Part shown: positions 19,015 through 30,200 of the stretch, piece by piece
Numbering within the stretch: position 1 is the stretch's first letter
Layout: every line of letters starts with the position of its first letter
IMG/VR virus record: IMGVR_UViG_3300021256_000056
Location: 131,096 to 195,095 of that record
DNA: 64,000 nucleotides
From: a virus
Taxonomy: Duplodnaviria > Caudoviricetes
Reading direction: 5' to 3' (one strand)
Translations under genes and position numbers: made by a program
Notes under the pieces: model-generated
What the model saw: the letters and a program-made list of their open reading frames with translations, nothing else
The model's database searches: none
What the model was told of the DNA's origin: nothing

Positions 19015-21657
19015 TTACTGGTCAAATGAGACGCTTTCTGGATAAATTGTAAATGTGAGGTCGATGTATTCAAGAGTAGGTGTTGGCTTAATCTTGATTG
19101 TGCAAGGGAGAGTGTGTGCATCTCTTGCTTCGACTGAATCATCTACAATAATTTGGTAGTCGTAAATACCTCTATTTGCTTTCACATTAGCAAGGATAGG
19201 GTCAACGATGCTCATGAATTGATTCTTCAAAGTATCATCATACTGGTCGAAGATGAGTTGTTTAGCGCTTGAGCTAATAAGTTTCTTAACTCTAATCATG
19301 AGACGACGTACATTGACACGATTGAGAGGGCTATCTACATTATACATGGTCTTGTTACCCCAAATCTTAACACCGTCAACTGCAAATGTCTTTACGGGGT
19401 TAATACCTGCAGCATATACAGTATCTTCGTCATCAAGTTTGGTCTTAAGGCAAGCACGTACGCAATTAACATTACCGCGGTTAATACCTGCAGGTGCAAA
19501 CCAAGGATATGCGGTGTTATCTGTGTAGGCAAGATTTCTAACAACGTCTTTTGTTACAGGGAGGTCGATGTAGATATTCTCACTTGCATCGAAGAATTTA
19601 ATCCAAGGCCAATATGTTGAAGCGTATGATGAGTTGATTGAAGTATTTTCAAGCTTATCAACAACTTCGTCGGCAGTTTCAGAGTTAGGTGCAGTGGGTA
19701 TATAGAGTGCATCACCACCGCGTCCGTCATCACTATCTTCAATCATATCGAGAGCGTCTTCAACAAGGAGCTCGTTGCGGTCCCAATCAATACCAGGGGT
19801 TGCAAAAATGTTAATATCGTAACCCTCAGGATTTGCGAACTGACGATAGGCACCAAGGAATGCATAGTAATCGCTATTGATTGCATTGATAGGCAGGTCA
19901 AGATTTGCCTCGATATCCCCTTCAATTTGTGTATATGCTGTTCCAGTATACTTGTTAGCTTTAAACTCATCAGTATTGGTTCTTTCTTTCCTGCGAACAT
20001 CCCAACCATCAAATCCACCGTAGAAACATACAGTAAACTTACGGATGTTAGTATCAGCATAAAGTGTATCCTTCATGTATTCCTCTGAAAGAATTCTAGG
20101 AATCTTGTTGGTTTTATCAGCGATGCCCGTTGTTCCATCTACTGCGGTAAATACACATGTACTAATGCCGCTAACACCTAATACGGTAGCGGTTTTTCCG
20201 CCGCAAAGATTCATAATTGAATCAAGATGGAAACCGTTAGACATTTCGGTCCCTGCTACGTCACCCTTAAATTTGAGGACGTCAACATCAACACCGACTC
20301 TGCTTGAGAAACCGAAATATTGTCTCTTTGCTTTGACATTGTAATCAAATGTTGTGTTATAGCATACTGGGAAATTCTTAGTTCCATCTGTGAACTTATG
20401 GAGAGGATATCCAAGGAATCCACAAGGTACTGAATCCGCGATAAGAGCTTCATCTTCATTCATTTCAAGAGCAATGTACTTAGACTTAAGCTCGTATGCT
20501 CCGTCGATAGTACCAATGCGAAGAGCAACATAATTCTTGCTTCCCTTTACGAGATTACATCCAGAGAATTTCTCAAGAATGACGGGTGAACTATCGCTGT
20601 CGCCCATTGGCCTTACAACAAGGTCGAAAGTCTTCTCGTTTGGTTTAATATTCTGAATGGAGATTTTAACTTCGGAATTAGCATTGTCACCATCAGAGAG
20701 CGTGTATGCACGGAAGAGTGCGAGTACGCTGGCAGTACTACTTGTGGTTCCCGTTACTTTGGAATCAGCTTGTGAGACAAGCCAAGGTGTAACGGCGCAT
20801 TTATAAGCAGATTTATAGTCATTCAATTTGGCTTCAGCTGTTAATTTCTCAACTTTAATTGTGAAACTTGCTCCACTATCAAGCTTTTCAATCATATCCC
20901 TGATTGCATAGTCGTAAACCTCCTCAACATAGAGAAGACCGTTACCACCTAGAGGGTCACCACCAAGTACATTATAGATATAATCCTTGTCGCCATAATT
21001 CAATGAAACGCTATACTCACTAGTAGCGGTACTAGCGCTCACACTCACTTTAAGAGTGAATTTACCTAAATTTTCGGATGTTATGGTTGTACCACTTGTT
21101 TCTGCGGTGGTTGCCTTAATTACATTACAATTGCCGTCATAAATAACTTCCTTATATTCAGAAACTTCAACACCAGCAACATACTCATTGTATGCATCAC
21201 CACTAGGGGTTGCGCACCCGCCACCCTGGCTTTTACCGAATTTGCCTTTTGAGCGTAATACGGCTACTGCATAAGTACCGTTGAGTGCTGTATTGCTAGT
21301 ATTATTAGAAACCGTAGCCCTTACAACCCATGCTTTTCCTGCTTCGTAGCCAGAAAGACCAAGTACGCGGCAAACATAGAGTTGTTTCGACTCTTTTAGG
21401 TATTCTTTTGCAATATATGGCAATTCATATTTAGGTAGGCCATTACCCTTATACTTCTCTGCAGAAGTAGGGCCAAAATAGTCTTCATATTCAGACCATT
21501 TTTCTACTTTAATAGGTTCGAACGCGGGTCCCTTTACTGTTTCACCAGCAAGACCAAGGCTGGTTATACCCAGGCTTTTAACTGAATAAGTAACATCCTG
21601 TTCCTTACTGTAAATACCTGGAGAAACATGGTTCCCTCTTGCATTGTTTATAATCAT
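19015..21657 (-). CDS. Contractile tail sheath protein (gp18-like)
   Basis: VSPGIYSKE..., GETVKGPAFEP, PWFAPAGINRG, WGNKT, RVNVRRL, IKPTPTLEYI. Confidence 0.93.
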   Translation of the reverse strand: MIINNARGNHVSPGIYSKEQDVTYSVKSLGITSLGLAGETVKGPAFEPIKVEKWSEYEDYFGPTSAEKYKGNGLPKYELPYIAKEYLKESKQLYVCRVLGLSGYEAGKAWVVRATVSNNTSNTALNGTYAVAVLRSKGKFGKSQGGGCATPSGDAYNEYVAGVEVSEYKEVIYDGNCNVIKATTAETSGTTITSENLGKFTLKVSVSASTATSEYSVSLNYGDKDYIYNVLGGDPLGGNGLLYVEEVYDYAIRDMIEKLDSGASFTIKVEKLTAEAKLNDYKSAYKCAVTPWLVSQADSKVTGTTSSTASVLALFRAYTLSDGDNANSEVKISIQNIKPNEKTFDLVVRPMGDSDSSPVILEKFSGCNLVKGSKNYVALRIGTIDGAYELKSKYIALEMNEDEALIADSVPCGFLGYPLHKFTDGTKNFPVCYNTTFDYNVKAKRQYFGFSSRVGVDVDVLKFKGDVAGTEMSNGFHLDSIMNLCGGKTATVLGVSGISTCVFTAVDGTTGIADKTNKIPRILSEEYMKDTLYADTNIRKFTVCFYGGFDGWDVRRKERTNTDEFKANKYTGTAYTQIEGDIEANLDLPINAINSDYYAFLGAYRQFANPEGYDINIFATPGIDWDRNELLVEDALDMIEDSDDGRGGDALYIPTAPNSETADEVVDKLENTSINSSYASTYWPWIKFFDASENIYIDLPVTKDVVRNLAYTDNTAYPWFAPAGINRGNVNCVRACLKTKLDDEDTVYAAGINPVKTFAVDGVKIWGNKTMYNVDSPLNRVNVRRLMIRVKKLISSSAKQLIFDQYDDTLKNQFMSIVDPILANVKANRGIYDYQIIVDDSVEARDAHTLPCTIKIKPTPTLEYIDLTFTIYPESVSFDQ

Positions 21658-21694
21658 CTTTTTAAGCCTTTATAATTGTCTTATTATTTTCTTA

Positions 21695-21703
21695 ATAAAT
21701 AGC
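21695..21703 (-). promoter_or_regulatory. Putative late promoter variant GCTATTTAT
   Basis: ATAAATAGC upstream of sheath ATG. Confidence 0.65.
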
Positions 21704-21750
21704 GTTAAATATCCAAAAAATCTAAATAGTACATGTGAAAAACATTAATT

Positions 21751-22953
21751 TTAAAGTAATTCGCATTTTACATCTTTCTCTTCAACTATAGTTTCGTCAT
21801 CTTTTGTTTCAACGTTAATGTCTTTACATAGTTGTTTTCTATCTAGTTCGCTTTCTACATCATCTTCTCTTTGGTCAAATACCACATCTGGATTATATCC
21901 TCGTATGATTATACTACCCTCGGAATCTTTCTTAGTTTTGGATAATCCATAAAATCTCAGACTATCACCTTCCTTGAACTCCATTCCTGGTATGAATTCT
22001 GCCATCGCGCCATTGATTCTGATTTTAAAGTCGGTAATATTATCTAATACTACATCCTCAACCTTAAAATGTGTATTCATGGTAAATGTCACCTCATTTT
22101 CACAGGGTTTAAAATACATATTCAGTTTCAGTGGTTGGAAATAATATGGTGTTTCTTGGGTACCACAAGGGTCTATTTCCTCTATTTCAACATATGCACT
22201 ATTTTTAATATTTTCTGGTCCTCCAAAGCGCATTTTTAATACTGGAACCTCTTCGGTTATCATATCTTCCTCGTTAATTATATACGCCATTACCCTGATT
22301 TCATATGATTGAGAGAAGTATTGTCTGTCGTCCATACTATACTCTGACTCATCGGATATGTTTTCAAGTTTCATTGGAATAAAGTGCCCATTTGGGCGTA
22401 TATAACACTGTATGGCTTTAAATTTATCATTAACCAGTAAGTTAAAGTCATTAAGGAGTTCATATTTGTTAGTTACAAGACTTACAGTATATATCAAATC
22501 AACGCAATAAGGCTGCCTCATCCTATAATCCAAGAAATAGGGGCGTCCATTTTTATCCTGCATTAATGCTCTCTTCATCAAATATGTTCTATTCCCTGGT
22601 ATGTTCATGTTTTTATCATGAAGCGTACCTTGTTGGGGGTTGTTTTCCCTTGTAAGAACTTTAAAATTCATCAGCATATTTTTCTGGTCGTCATTGTTCT
22701 CCCAAGTTTCCATGTATTCAGAAAATCGCTGAGCGGAAAAGAGCGCAACGGTAGGTATATCTTTATCTTCAAAAGTAATAGCTAAATCTTTTTCAACCCA
22801 TTCCTTAAATGCAATATCAATGTCTTTATATACTAGCGTATTAGGGAGAGGCGTGGAATCTTTGAGGACCTCCTTTACAAGGTTCTCTCTTCCCTCGATT
22901 GGGTCGGGAGTTCTCTTTAATTTGATTATATTTTTATATTTTCTCTGTCCCAT
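21751..22953 (-). CDS. Putative tail completion/sheath terminator protein (gp15-like)
   Basis: DIDIAFKEWV, QPYCVDLIYTVSL motifs; position between neck-like gene and sheath. Confidence 0.5.
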   Translation of the reverse strand: MGQRKYKNIIKLKRTPDPIEGRENLVKEVLKDSTPLPNTLVYKDIDIAFKEWVEKDLAITFEDKDIPTVALFSAQRFSEYMETWENNDDQKNMLMNFKVLTRENNPQQGTLHDKNMNIPGNRTYLMKRALMQDKNGRPYFLDYRMRQPYCVDLIYTVSLVTNKYELLNDFNLLVNDKFKAIQCYIRPNGHFIPMKLENISDESEYSMDDRQYFSQSYEIRVMAYIINEEDMITEEVPVLKMRFGGPENIKNSAYVEIEEIDPCGTQETPYYFQPLKLNMYFKPCENEVTFTMNTHFKVEDVVLDNITDFKIRINGAMAEFIPGMEFKEGDSLRFYGLSKTKKDSEGSIIIRGYNPDVVFDQREDDVESELDRKQLCKDINVETKDDETIVEEKDVKCELL

Positions 22954-23499
22954 TTATCCATTAAACTCATTAGCATCTACGGGTGCGCAACTTATATCTC
23001 GGTATAGTGGTCGCGTACCGTACAACGTATTCTTATTGGCATATGAATCAACTCTTCCATCATCCGTTACAGTCCAGAATTCAATATGTTCAGGAGTAAC
23101 TTGAACTCCGACATAATCACCTCTCTTAATATCACAGCCATATTCTTCAAGGGTTGATATAAATACCCCAAACGTAAGTTTTCCGATTTTAGCATACCTT
23201 CCCCTTACTTGTTTTGAGTCGTACGCCTTCATTTCAGCTTCATCGACTGTGAAAACGACTGGCAATTCTATCGGCTCCTTGAATCGTATCGCATTTTTCT
23301 GGGCCTCCTGGTAAATATCACTGACTTTAGTCTTATCCATATCTACTTGATAAAGTATAATAGTCTGATTCATATCCTCTTCTATATACTCTTTACCAAA
23401 GTCAACCTCCAAGTCAAACTCTTCCTTGCAAAAGAATTTGTTGTTACGTTTAATAGGATTACGCCTACGCATAGAGGTATTATTAAATTGTACACCCAT
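22954..23499 (-). CDS. Putative neck/head-closure protein (gp14-like)
   Basis: IILYQVD...DIYQEA...F..PIEL...DIKRGDYV; late promoter. Confidence 0.55.
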   Translation of the reverse strand: MGVQFNNTSMRRRNPIKRNNKFFCKEEFDLEVDFGKEYIEEDMNQTIILYQVDMDKTKVSDIYQEAQKNAIRFKEPIELPVVFTVDEAEMKAYDSKQVRGRYAKIGKLTFGVFISTLEEYGCDIKRGDYVGVQVTPEHIEFWTVTDDGRVDSYANKNTLYGTRPLYRDISCAPVDANEFNG

Positions 23500-23519
23500 A
23501 ATCTTCAGAGTCTTTCTTG

Positions 23520-23528
23520 ATAAATAGT
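23520..23528 (-). promoter_or_regulatory. Putative late promoter ACTATTTAT
   Basis: ATAAATAGT upstream of ATG 23499. Confidence 0.75.
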
Positions 23529-23654
23529 TTGGAAAATGTAATTAGCGGATTTATGGGTCCCTGTTCATATGGTTAGAAGAGGTCATTCCTATTCATAATT
23601 TACTAGTAGATGATTTATATAGTAATACTGTTCTTTCTTTTTTTTTCTTTTTTA

Positions 23655-23701
23655 ATTTAATAATATATTATTAAATAATATTAATTAACCGCGTGCACGC
23701 G
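23655..23701. repeat. Cluster of perfect palindromes (22-bp AT-only, TTAATTAA, CGCGTGCACGCG)
   Basis: ATTTAATAATATATTATTAAAT 23655-23676; TTAATTAA 23681-23688; CGCGTGCACGCG 23690-23701. Confidence 0.85.
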
Positions 23702-23777
23702 TGTAATGCCTTTAAAGTCCTATCCTTTTCTTGTTTTTTTAAAGTAAAATTTGTATTTTTTAGCATATTGTATAGAA

Positions 23778-25802
23778 ATGGCAACAGTAAAAGCGACGAA
23801 TAGCGCCTTAGAGCATTTAAAAACATATGAGGGTAATAATCCGTACCTCCACATGCTTAAACGTGATATTTTTGTAAAAAATATATCTAGTGCTCTAACG
23901 GATAATACTATTGAATACATCAACTCGAATTATGATAAAGAGCCAATACCAATAAATCGAATCACAAAAGTCGCCGATTGGTTTGCTAAGACATGTCAGG
24001 AGAAGTGGGATTGCGATATTCTTCCAAACAAATTAAAAATCATCAGTTTAATCGGAGAAACAAAAGAGGCATATCATTGCTATGTTCAATATCGTAAAAG
24101 TGTTGAACCTCAAATGCTATTCATACCCAAAAAGGCTGTCTTGCGCAACTTTTTAGTAGATGATTACACGAAACTTGTTGTCAATTTTGAAAGATATGAC
24201 CGTCTTTCCGCTTCTAGAAATCCAGAAGCACCAAGAAATCTTATGGAACACCAAAAAGAAGCAATCAAATTTCTTCTATCAAGGAAGAAATGCGTCTTGG
24301 CTGATGATATGGGATTAGGAAAAAGCACGGAGGCTACCGTCGCGGCGATAGAAGGAAATTTCGACGCAGTTCTCATTATATGTCCCGCTGGATTAAAATC
24401 AAATTGGTTGAAAGAACTAAGTGTGTATATCCCCGAACGTGAAATTACAATTATTGGCGGGTGCGCAGACATGAAGAAACCAGAAATTGAGAAATATCTC
24501 GGATATGGTGTTGGGCGCTCAGGAAAAAACCTACCTGAGTTACTTGCAGAGGCAAAAGAAAGGGGAAAATGGAACGATAATCGTTTTGTAATCATCAATT
24601 ACGATATTTTAGGGGATGTCTATTCAATTCCCGAGACGCGGAGTAAGGAAAATATTGAAAAAGCGCTCAATGAAAGCCCAATGCTTCAGTATGTAAAGGG
24701 TAAAAAAACGCTAATCATAATCGACGAGGCACATAAGTTATCAAATTTAAAGGCAGGACGCTATAAAATCGTAAACGACTTGATTAAAAGGTGTAATCCA
24801 GATAGTTTATATTTACTTACGGGAACGCCAATCACGAACGACCCTGAAAATTTCTTCAATTTGTTATATCTTTTGGGTGACTCAATAACAGATAATTGGC
24901 AATATTACATGGAGCGTTATTGTGATGCCATAAAAGTACCGAAAGATGAGTTTGAAAAAGCTAAAAGAGATAGAATAACACGAGAATACTTAACAAAGAA
25001 AGGCAAAAATTCTTGGCACGATTTGTCTGGAGACGAAAAGAAGGTACTTTCCGATAAAATAGCACGTGAATGTAAAATGAGGACCATACCGAAAGGCGCC
25101 TCGAATTTAGAGGAGTTAAAGGATAGAACATCACATCTCTACCTAAGGCGCACCAAGGAAGATTTAAATACTCTACCCCCAATTTTTACCCACGAAAGAT
25201 TCTTTAATCTAACAAGTGAACAGCAGGCAGAATATGATAGGCTATGGGAAGAATATGAGATTGCAAAGAAAGAAGAAGGAATAAACGGCGACCTTAACAA
25301 AGAACTTCTCGAAGGTGGACTTTATCGTAAATATCTATCCAATCAAATGGTCCCGCATACGATTAGTCTGGTAAATAAATGTCTTGAACGCGGAGAGAAG
25401 GTTGTGATTGCATGTTGCTATGATGAAGAACTCTATACTTTACGGGACTATTATAAAGAGCAGTGCGTAATATATAACGGAAAAATTTCTCTTAAAGAAA
25501 AGGATGAGGCAGTACAAAAATTTAATAATGACCCCAATGTAAATGTGTTTATTGGAAACATAAACGCTGCTGGCGTTGGAATTACGCTAATCGGCGGGCG
25601 TGTGCTAGTATTTAACAATATCTCATTTGTCCCAGGCGATAATGACCAGATGCGTGATAGAATCTACAGGATTGGCCAAAAGCGGGATGTCCATATTTTC
25701 TATCAAATTTTTAGAAATACTCAATACGAAAAAATGTGGAATATAGTGCTCAGAAAAGCTTTAATAATAAATGAAGTTATTAAAAAAGAAAGTGAAAAAT
25801 GA
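23778..25802 (+). CDS. SNF2-family (SF2) helicase
   Basis: LADDMGLGKS, DEAH, LLTGTP, YLRRTK, GVGITL, Q..DRIYRIGQ; start moved to ATG 23778. Confidence 0.92.
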   Translation: MATVKATNSALEHLKTYEGNNPYLHMLKRDIFVKNISSALTDNTIEYINSNYDKEPIPINRITKVADWFAKTCQEKWDCDILPNKLKIISLIGETKEAYHCYVQYRKSVEPQMLFIPKKAVLRNFLVDDYTKLVVNFERYDRLSASRNPEAPRNLMEHQKEAIKFLLSRKKCVLADDMGLGKSTEATVAAIEGNFDAVLIICPAGLKSNWLKELSVYIPEREITIIGGCADMKKPEIEKYLGYGVGRSGKNLPELLAEAKERGKWNDNRFVIINYDILGDVYSIPETRSKENIEKALNESPMLQYVKGKKTLIIIDEAHKLSNLKAGRYKIVNDLIKRCNPDSLYLLTGTPITNDPENFFNLLYLLGDSITDNWQYYMERYCDAIKVPKDEFEKAKRDRITREYLTKKGKNSWHDLSGDEKKVLSDKIARECKMRTIPKGASNLEELKDRTSHLYLRRTKEDLNTLPPIFTHERFFNLTSEQQAEYDRLWEEYEIAKKEEGINGDLNKELLEGGLYRKYLSNQMVPHTISLVNKCLERGEKVVIACCYDEELYTLRDYYKEQCVIYNGKISLKEKDEAVQKFNNDPNVNVFIGNINAAGVGITLIGGRVLVFNNISFVPGDNDQMRDRIYRIGQKRDVHIFYQIFRNTQYEKMWNIVLRKALIINEVIKKESEK

Positions 25803-26281
25803 AAACAAAAGTTAAGTGGAACAAACTTAAATGGGTAACAGAACTTATTGATAGTGAAAATGTTAAGGTAGAGAGGCCCAATATGGTAGAAGAAACCATA
25901 TATAATTTTGACGATATGGTTGATGCTTGGACTCTTTTTATGCATAACATTGAATTAGAAAAATATACCGCCTATTGGGATGTATCGGAAACCCCTGATG
26001 TGCTAGGTGTAACAATTTATGATGAAGACGGTGGCATTATGACAACCATAATGAAGTGGAATACTTGGGATGAAGATGTAATTTCTACGTATGGTATTCA
26101 TTATCTGTATCCAAATAGCAATGTAGAGATATACCATAACAGACAAGAATGGGTGGATAGAATTAATGAATTAGACCCCGAATTCTCCTGGGAGCCAGCA
26201 GAAAACAATATGATGGTTTATATTGGCTCAAAATTCATTGTTACGGTAGATTATCAACTTAAAAAGAAAGAAAATGATTGA
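25799..26281 (+). CDS. Hypothetical protein
   Basis: ORF coupled to helicase stop (ATGA overlap). Confidence 0.75.
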   Translation: MKTKVKWNKLKWVTELIDSENVKVERPNMVEETIYNFDDMVDAWTLFMHNIELEKYTAYWDVSETPDVLGVTIYDEDGGIMTTIMKWNTWDEDVISTYGIHYLYPNSNVEIYHNRQEWVDRINELDPEFSWEPAENNMMVYIGSKFIVTVDYQLKKKEND

Positions 26282-26753
26282 GGACCAGCAATATTTAGCA
26301 TTCGCAGACTTCATTGGTACCACAATTGATGGACAATACCGCTATCGTCTAGATTTTTCACAAGCACCCGAAGTTGTATGGGGTGAGGACTGGAACAGTA
26401 CACCAGCGGGAATAATTCCGAATATTGCCCCCGATGCAAATACACTTTCAATTACAGGGGAAATTGTATCAGAAAAACGTTTCCTTTTAGCCAAAGAGAA
26501 TACATGTTTTTCAATGCAGGACTGTATTGATGGAATAATCCCTCTTTTATTCACAGATATAAATGACAATGACATGATAGTGTTACCTTTTGGGATGAAA
26601 AAAGAGGATGTCGAGGAAGTGCTTTCTCAAAACAATATAGTCTTAGAAAACATCAAACGGGTAAACGAGGAAAAAGATAATGCAGTTATAAACAGCCTTA
26701 TAAACACCCTCGAACAACAAAATGATGAAGGAGGAGAAGATAATGAACAATAA
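26274..26753 (+). CDS. Hypothetical protein, paralogue of next gene
   Basis: GQYRYRLDFS..PEVVWGEDW...CFSMQDCIDGIIPL. Confidence 0.75.
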   Translation: MIEDQQYLAFADFIGTTIDGQYRYRLDFSQAPEVVWGEDWNSTPAGIIPNIAPDANTLSITGEIVSEKRFLLAKENTCFSMQDCIDGIIPLLFTDINDNDMIVLPFGMKKEDVEEVLSQNNIVLENIKRVNEEKDNAVINSLINTLEQQNDEGGEDNEQ

Positions 26754-27141
26754 AAATGCGCAATTAATTTTCATTAAGCCCAAGGGAACCGTTTTGGGGC
26801 AATATGAATATGATTTTCTTTTTAGCGAAACACCCGAAATTGTCTACGGACCCGACTGGGACTACCCCAACCCCTCCATATGCAGCAATGTAAACCCAGA
26901 CCCAACAACATACGACATTATTAAAAGTGTTAGGACAACCCTTCCGTTAAAAACCATACAAGAAACATCCTGTTATTCCATGGAATATGCCATGAATGGT
27001 ATTATCGCCTTAGGGTGGATTGATATAGAAGGCCTTGAAGAATATCCAGAAAATGGACGCATGGTTTTTCATTATGGTGATGATATGGAAAAAGTTATAA
27101 GTCTATTAGACTTATATGACTATCATTTTGACGAAGAATAA
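26743..27141 (+). CDS. Hypothetical protein, paralogue of previous gene
   Basis: GQYEYDFLFS..PEIVYGPDW...CYSMEYAMNGIIAL; likely start ATG 26743. Confidence 0.75.
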   Translation: MNNKNAQLIFIKPKGTVLGQYEYDFLFSETPEIVYGPDWDYPNPSICSNVNPDPTTYDIIKSVRTTLPLKTIQETSCYSMEYAMNGIIALGWIDIEGLEEYPENGRMVFHYGDDMEKVISLLDLYDYHFDEE

Positions 27142-27148
27142 TTGTTTA

Positions 27149-27180
27149 TTTGTTTTTATCTTTTTTTCTTTATACTTTTG
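27149..27180 (+). promoter_or_regulatory. Host-type Bacteroidota promoter for DNA polymerase
   Basis: TTTG-N20-TACTTTTG. Confidence 0.75.
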
Positions 27181-27231
27181 TTGTGGGAAACTCGAGAGAT
27201 TCGGGTTATTGTTTAATTTAAAGAAAAATTT

Positions 27232-30200
27232 ATGGCACTTAAACAGCCTGTAACACAGGAAGAAATCTACTCTTTTTTGGAGGGACGAGACCCTCAGGAA
27301 AGAATTGTAAATCTTGATTATAGTTATAAAAATGACTACATTACGGTAATCTATCGTAATGAAAATGATGAGAAATGCAAGCATCAAGCACCGTTCCACC
27401 CCTTCTTATGGGCAACCAGGAATGCATGTAATAAACTCATAGGTGAAAATAGGGAAAGAGAGGCAAACCTTAGATTTCTCTTACGCAAATACGGAATAAA
27501 ATGCGAAGCACTTGACATTGAAAATGTCGAGGGTGTTCCTTGCGAAAAAATGAAAGATGGTTACACCTTCCTTTTCAGGGCTAAAAGTGCCATGAGTTAC
27601 AGCCGATTCCTTAATTTCTTCAAAGAGGCAGGATATCCCGTATTCTCAGATAAAAAAGATGGTGATACTACTACAAGAGAATCGAATAAAAATGATTATC
27701 TTACAGTAACACCACAAGAACAATTCCTTATTTCAACTGGCAAACGTTTCTTCAAGGGGTATGATGATTACAATGACATACTCCGAATGATTTTCGACTT
27801 GGAAACCGAAGGTCTTGACCCCTCAAAGCATCGCATTGAATGGTACGGTATTCGTTTTAATCGTCCTATTACTTTCAATGGAACTTCAAGGGAATTTGAA
27901 ACCGAGATGCAAATAAAGGGGGTGACCAAGGAGGAAAAAGATGCTAGTGAGTTAAAGTTGATAGATACCGCTCTTCGTATAATATATACTTTTAGGCCAG
28001 ATGTCATTACCGCCCATAATGGAGAGCAATTCGACTGGAACTTTATAATTGAAAGATGTAAGCAACTAGGGACGTCCATTGAAGAGATGTCCTCCAAATA
28101 CTTTAATGGCCGTTCAATTTGTAAGAACCAGAGAGAAAGTGTACTTAAACTCGGAGGGGAGGTAGAACACTTCTATCAAACTATTGTGCCAGGCATTACT
28201 GTTACAGATTCCCTCCATGCAGTAAGACGTGCCCAAGCAACAGATAGTAACTTCAAGAAAGGTGATTTGAAATATGCGACAAAATACCTTAAAATGGTTA
28301 AACCCAATCGTGTATACATCCCTGGAGACAAAATTAGTCAGCTAACAAATGACTATGAAGAACACTATGCTTTTAATAATAAAAATGGTAAATGGTATCT
28401 CATTGATGAAAAGCATCCATTATTGGCCGACGGAAATTATAAAGCCGTAAGCGGGCATTATATTGTTGAGAGATATCTGGGCGATGACCTTTGGGAGTGT
28501 GATAAAGTCGAATATGCGCTCAATAGTACAGATTTTATGCTTTGTAAAATTGTCCCAGTACCATTTAGCAAGTGCGTCACGATGGGTACCGCTGGACAGT
28601 GGAAAGCAATTATGCTTGCTTGGAGCTACGAAAGAGGACTAGCAATACCAAAGCCTGAGAATACAGGTGCATTTACAGGAGGACTATCCCGACTCCTACG
28701 CGTTGGGTATGTTGATAAAGTAATTAAACTTGACTATAACTCACTTTACCCTTCGATTATTCTTACCTGGGCAATCAGCGATGACACTGACCTCATGGGA
28801 GCCATGTTGGATATGCTTGAATATGTCCTAACAACACGTGAAACCCATAAGGGCCTCAAAAAGAAGGCAGGTAAGATTGTGGATAAGTATGAAGAGGAAA
28901 TGAATAAGGGCGTGGAATTGACCGCGGCGGAAATTGAAGAATATAATAAAGCAAGTAACGATTACAAGATTGAGGATAATAGGCAGGCCTCAGTTAAGAA
29001 ACTTGGAAACTCATTCTTCGGGTCCTACGGTTCAAACAATGGTAGTGTTTTTCCTTGGAAATCCGTTAAATGTGCAGAAAGAACCACTTGCACAGGGCGT
29101 ATGGCCTTGCGATTAATGATTTCACATTTCCACAAACTTGGTTACGAACCTATCGTGGGTGATACTGATGGTTTCAACTTTAAATTACCAGACAGTTCTA
29201 AATATCGTTATACCGAAGAGAATCCGTATATTGGTAAGGGCTTGAGTCGTGAAACGAAAGAGGGTAAGGAATATAGTGGTTATGAAGCAGATGTCGCCGA
29301 ATTTAACGACATGTATATGAGAGATTTCCATTATGCTCCTAGGGCTGTAAATAAGATGGGTCTTGGCATAGATGAAGTTGTTTCAGCAACCATAAACTTT
29401 AGTAGAAAGAACTACGCTGACTACTTCCCTGAAAAACCGTATCCAGAGGATGTAAAACTTGTAGGTAATACGGTTAAATCTAAGAAAATGCCAGAATATA
29501 TCTCCAATTTCTTGGATAAGGGAATACGCTTACTTCTTCAAAACAAGGGGCATGAATTCCTTGAAGAGTATTATAATTATATCGAGAAAATTTATAATTA
29601 CCAGATTCCCCTTAAAGATATTGCATCTAAAGGAAAAGTTAAAAAAAGTGTAAACGATTACATTACAGATTGTAAAACGATAACCAAGGCTGGGCGCCCA
29701 AAATCTCGACAGGCTTGGATGGAGCTAGCAATTCGTGATGGCGTTAAAGCCGATATGGGAGAAACTCTATATTATATAAATGTAGGGAAAACCAAATCTC
29801 AGGCCGACGTTAAAAAAGTAACCCACTATTATGAAACCGTTGACGGTGAAAAGAAAGATGTCGTAACCAAGATTGAGAAAGAATATAAAGCATATAAAAA
29901 GGAGAGTAAAGAGAGCGGAAAAAAGGACGTTCTAACAAAAGATGAGTTTATTAAGAAAAACTATCCGAACGTAAGGGCAGAAGAAGAGATAATTCTTAAC
30001 GCAATCCTACTTCCAAGAGAAATGGTTGAATCCGATGAGGAATTTTTCTGTAAAGAAGGCCAGGAATATAATGTTCCTAAATATATTGCTCAATTTAACA
30101 GCCGTATTACACCACTTCTTGTCTGTTTCTCAAGGGAAATTAGAGATAGCATCCTAATAAGTAATCCTTCAGAACGTAAATATTTCACCATGGAAGAAGC

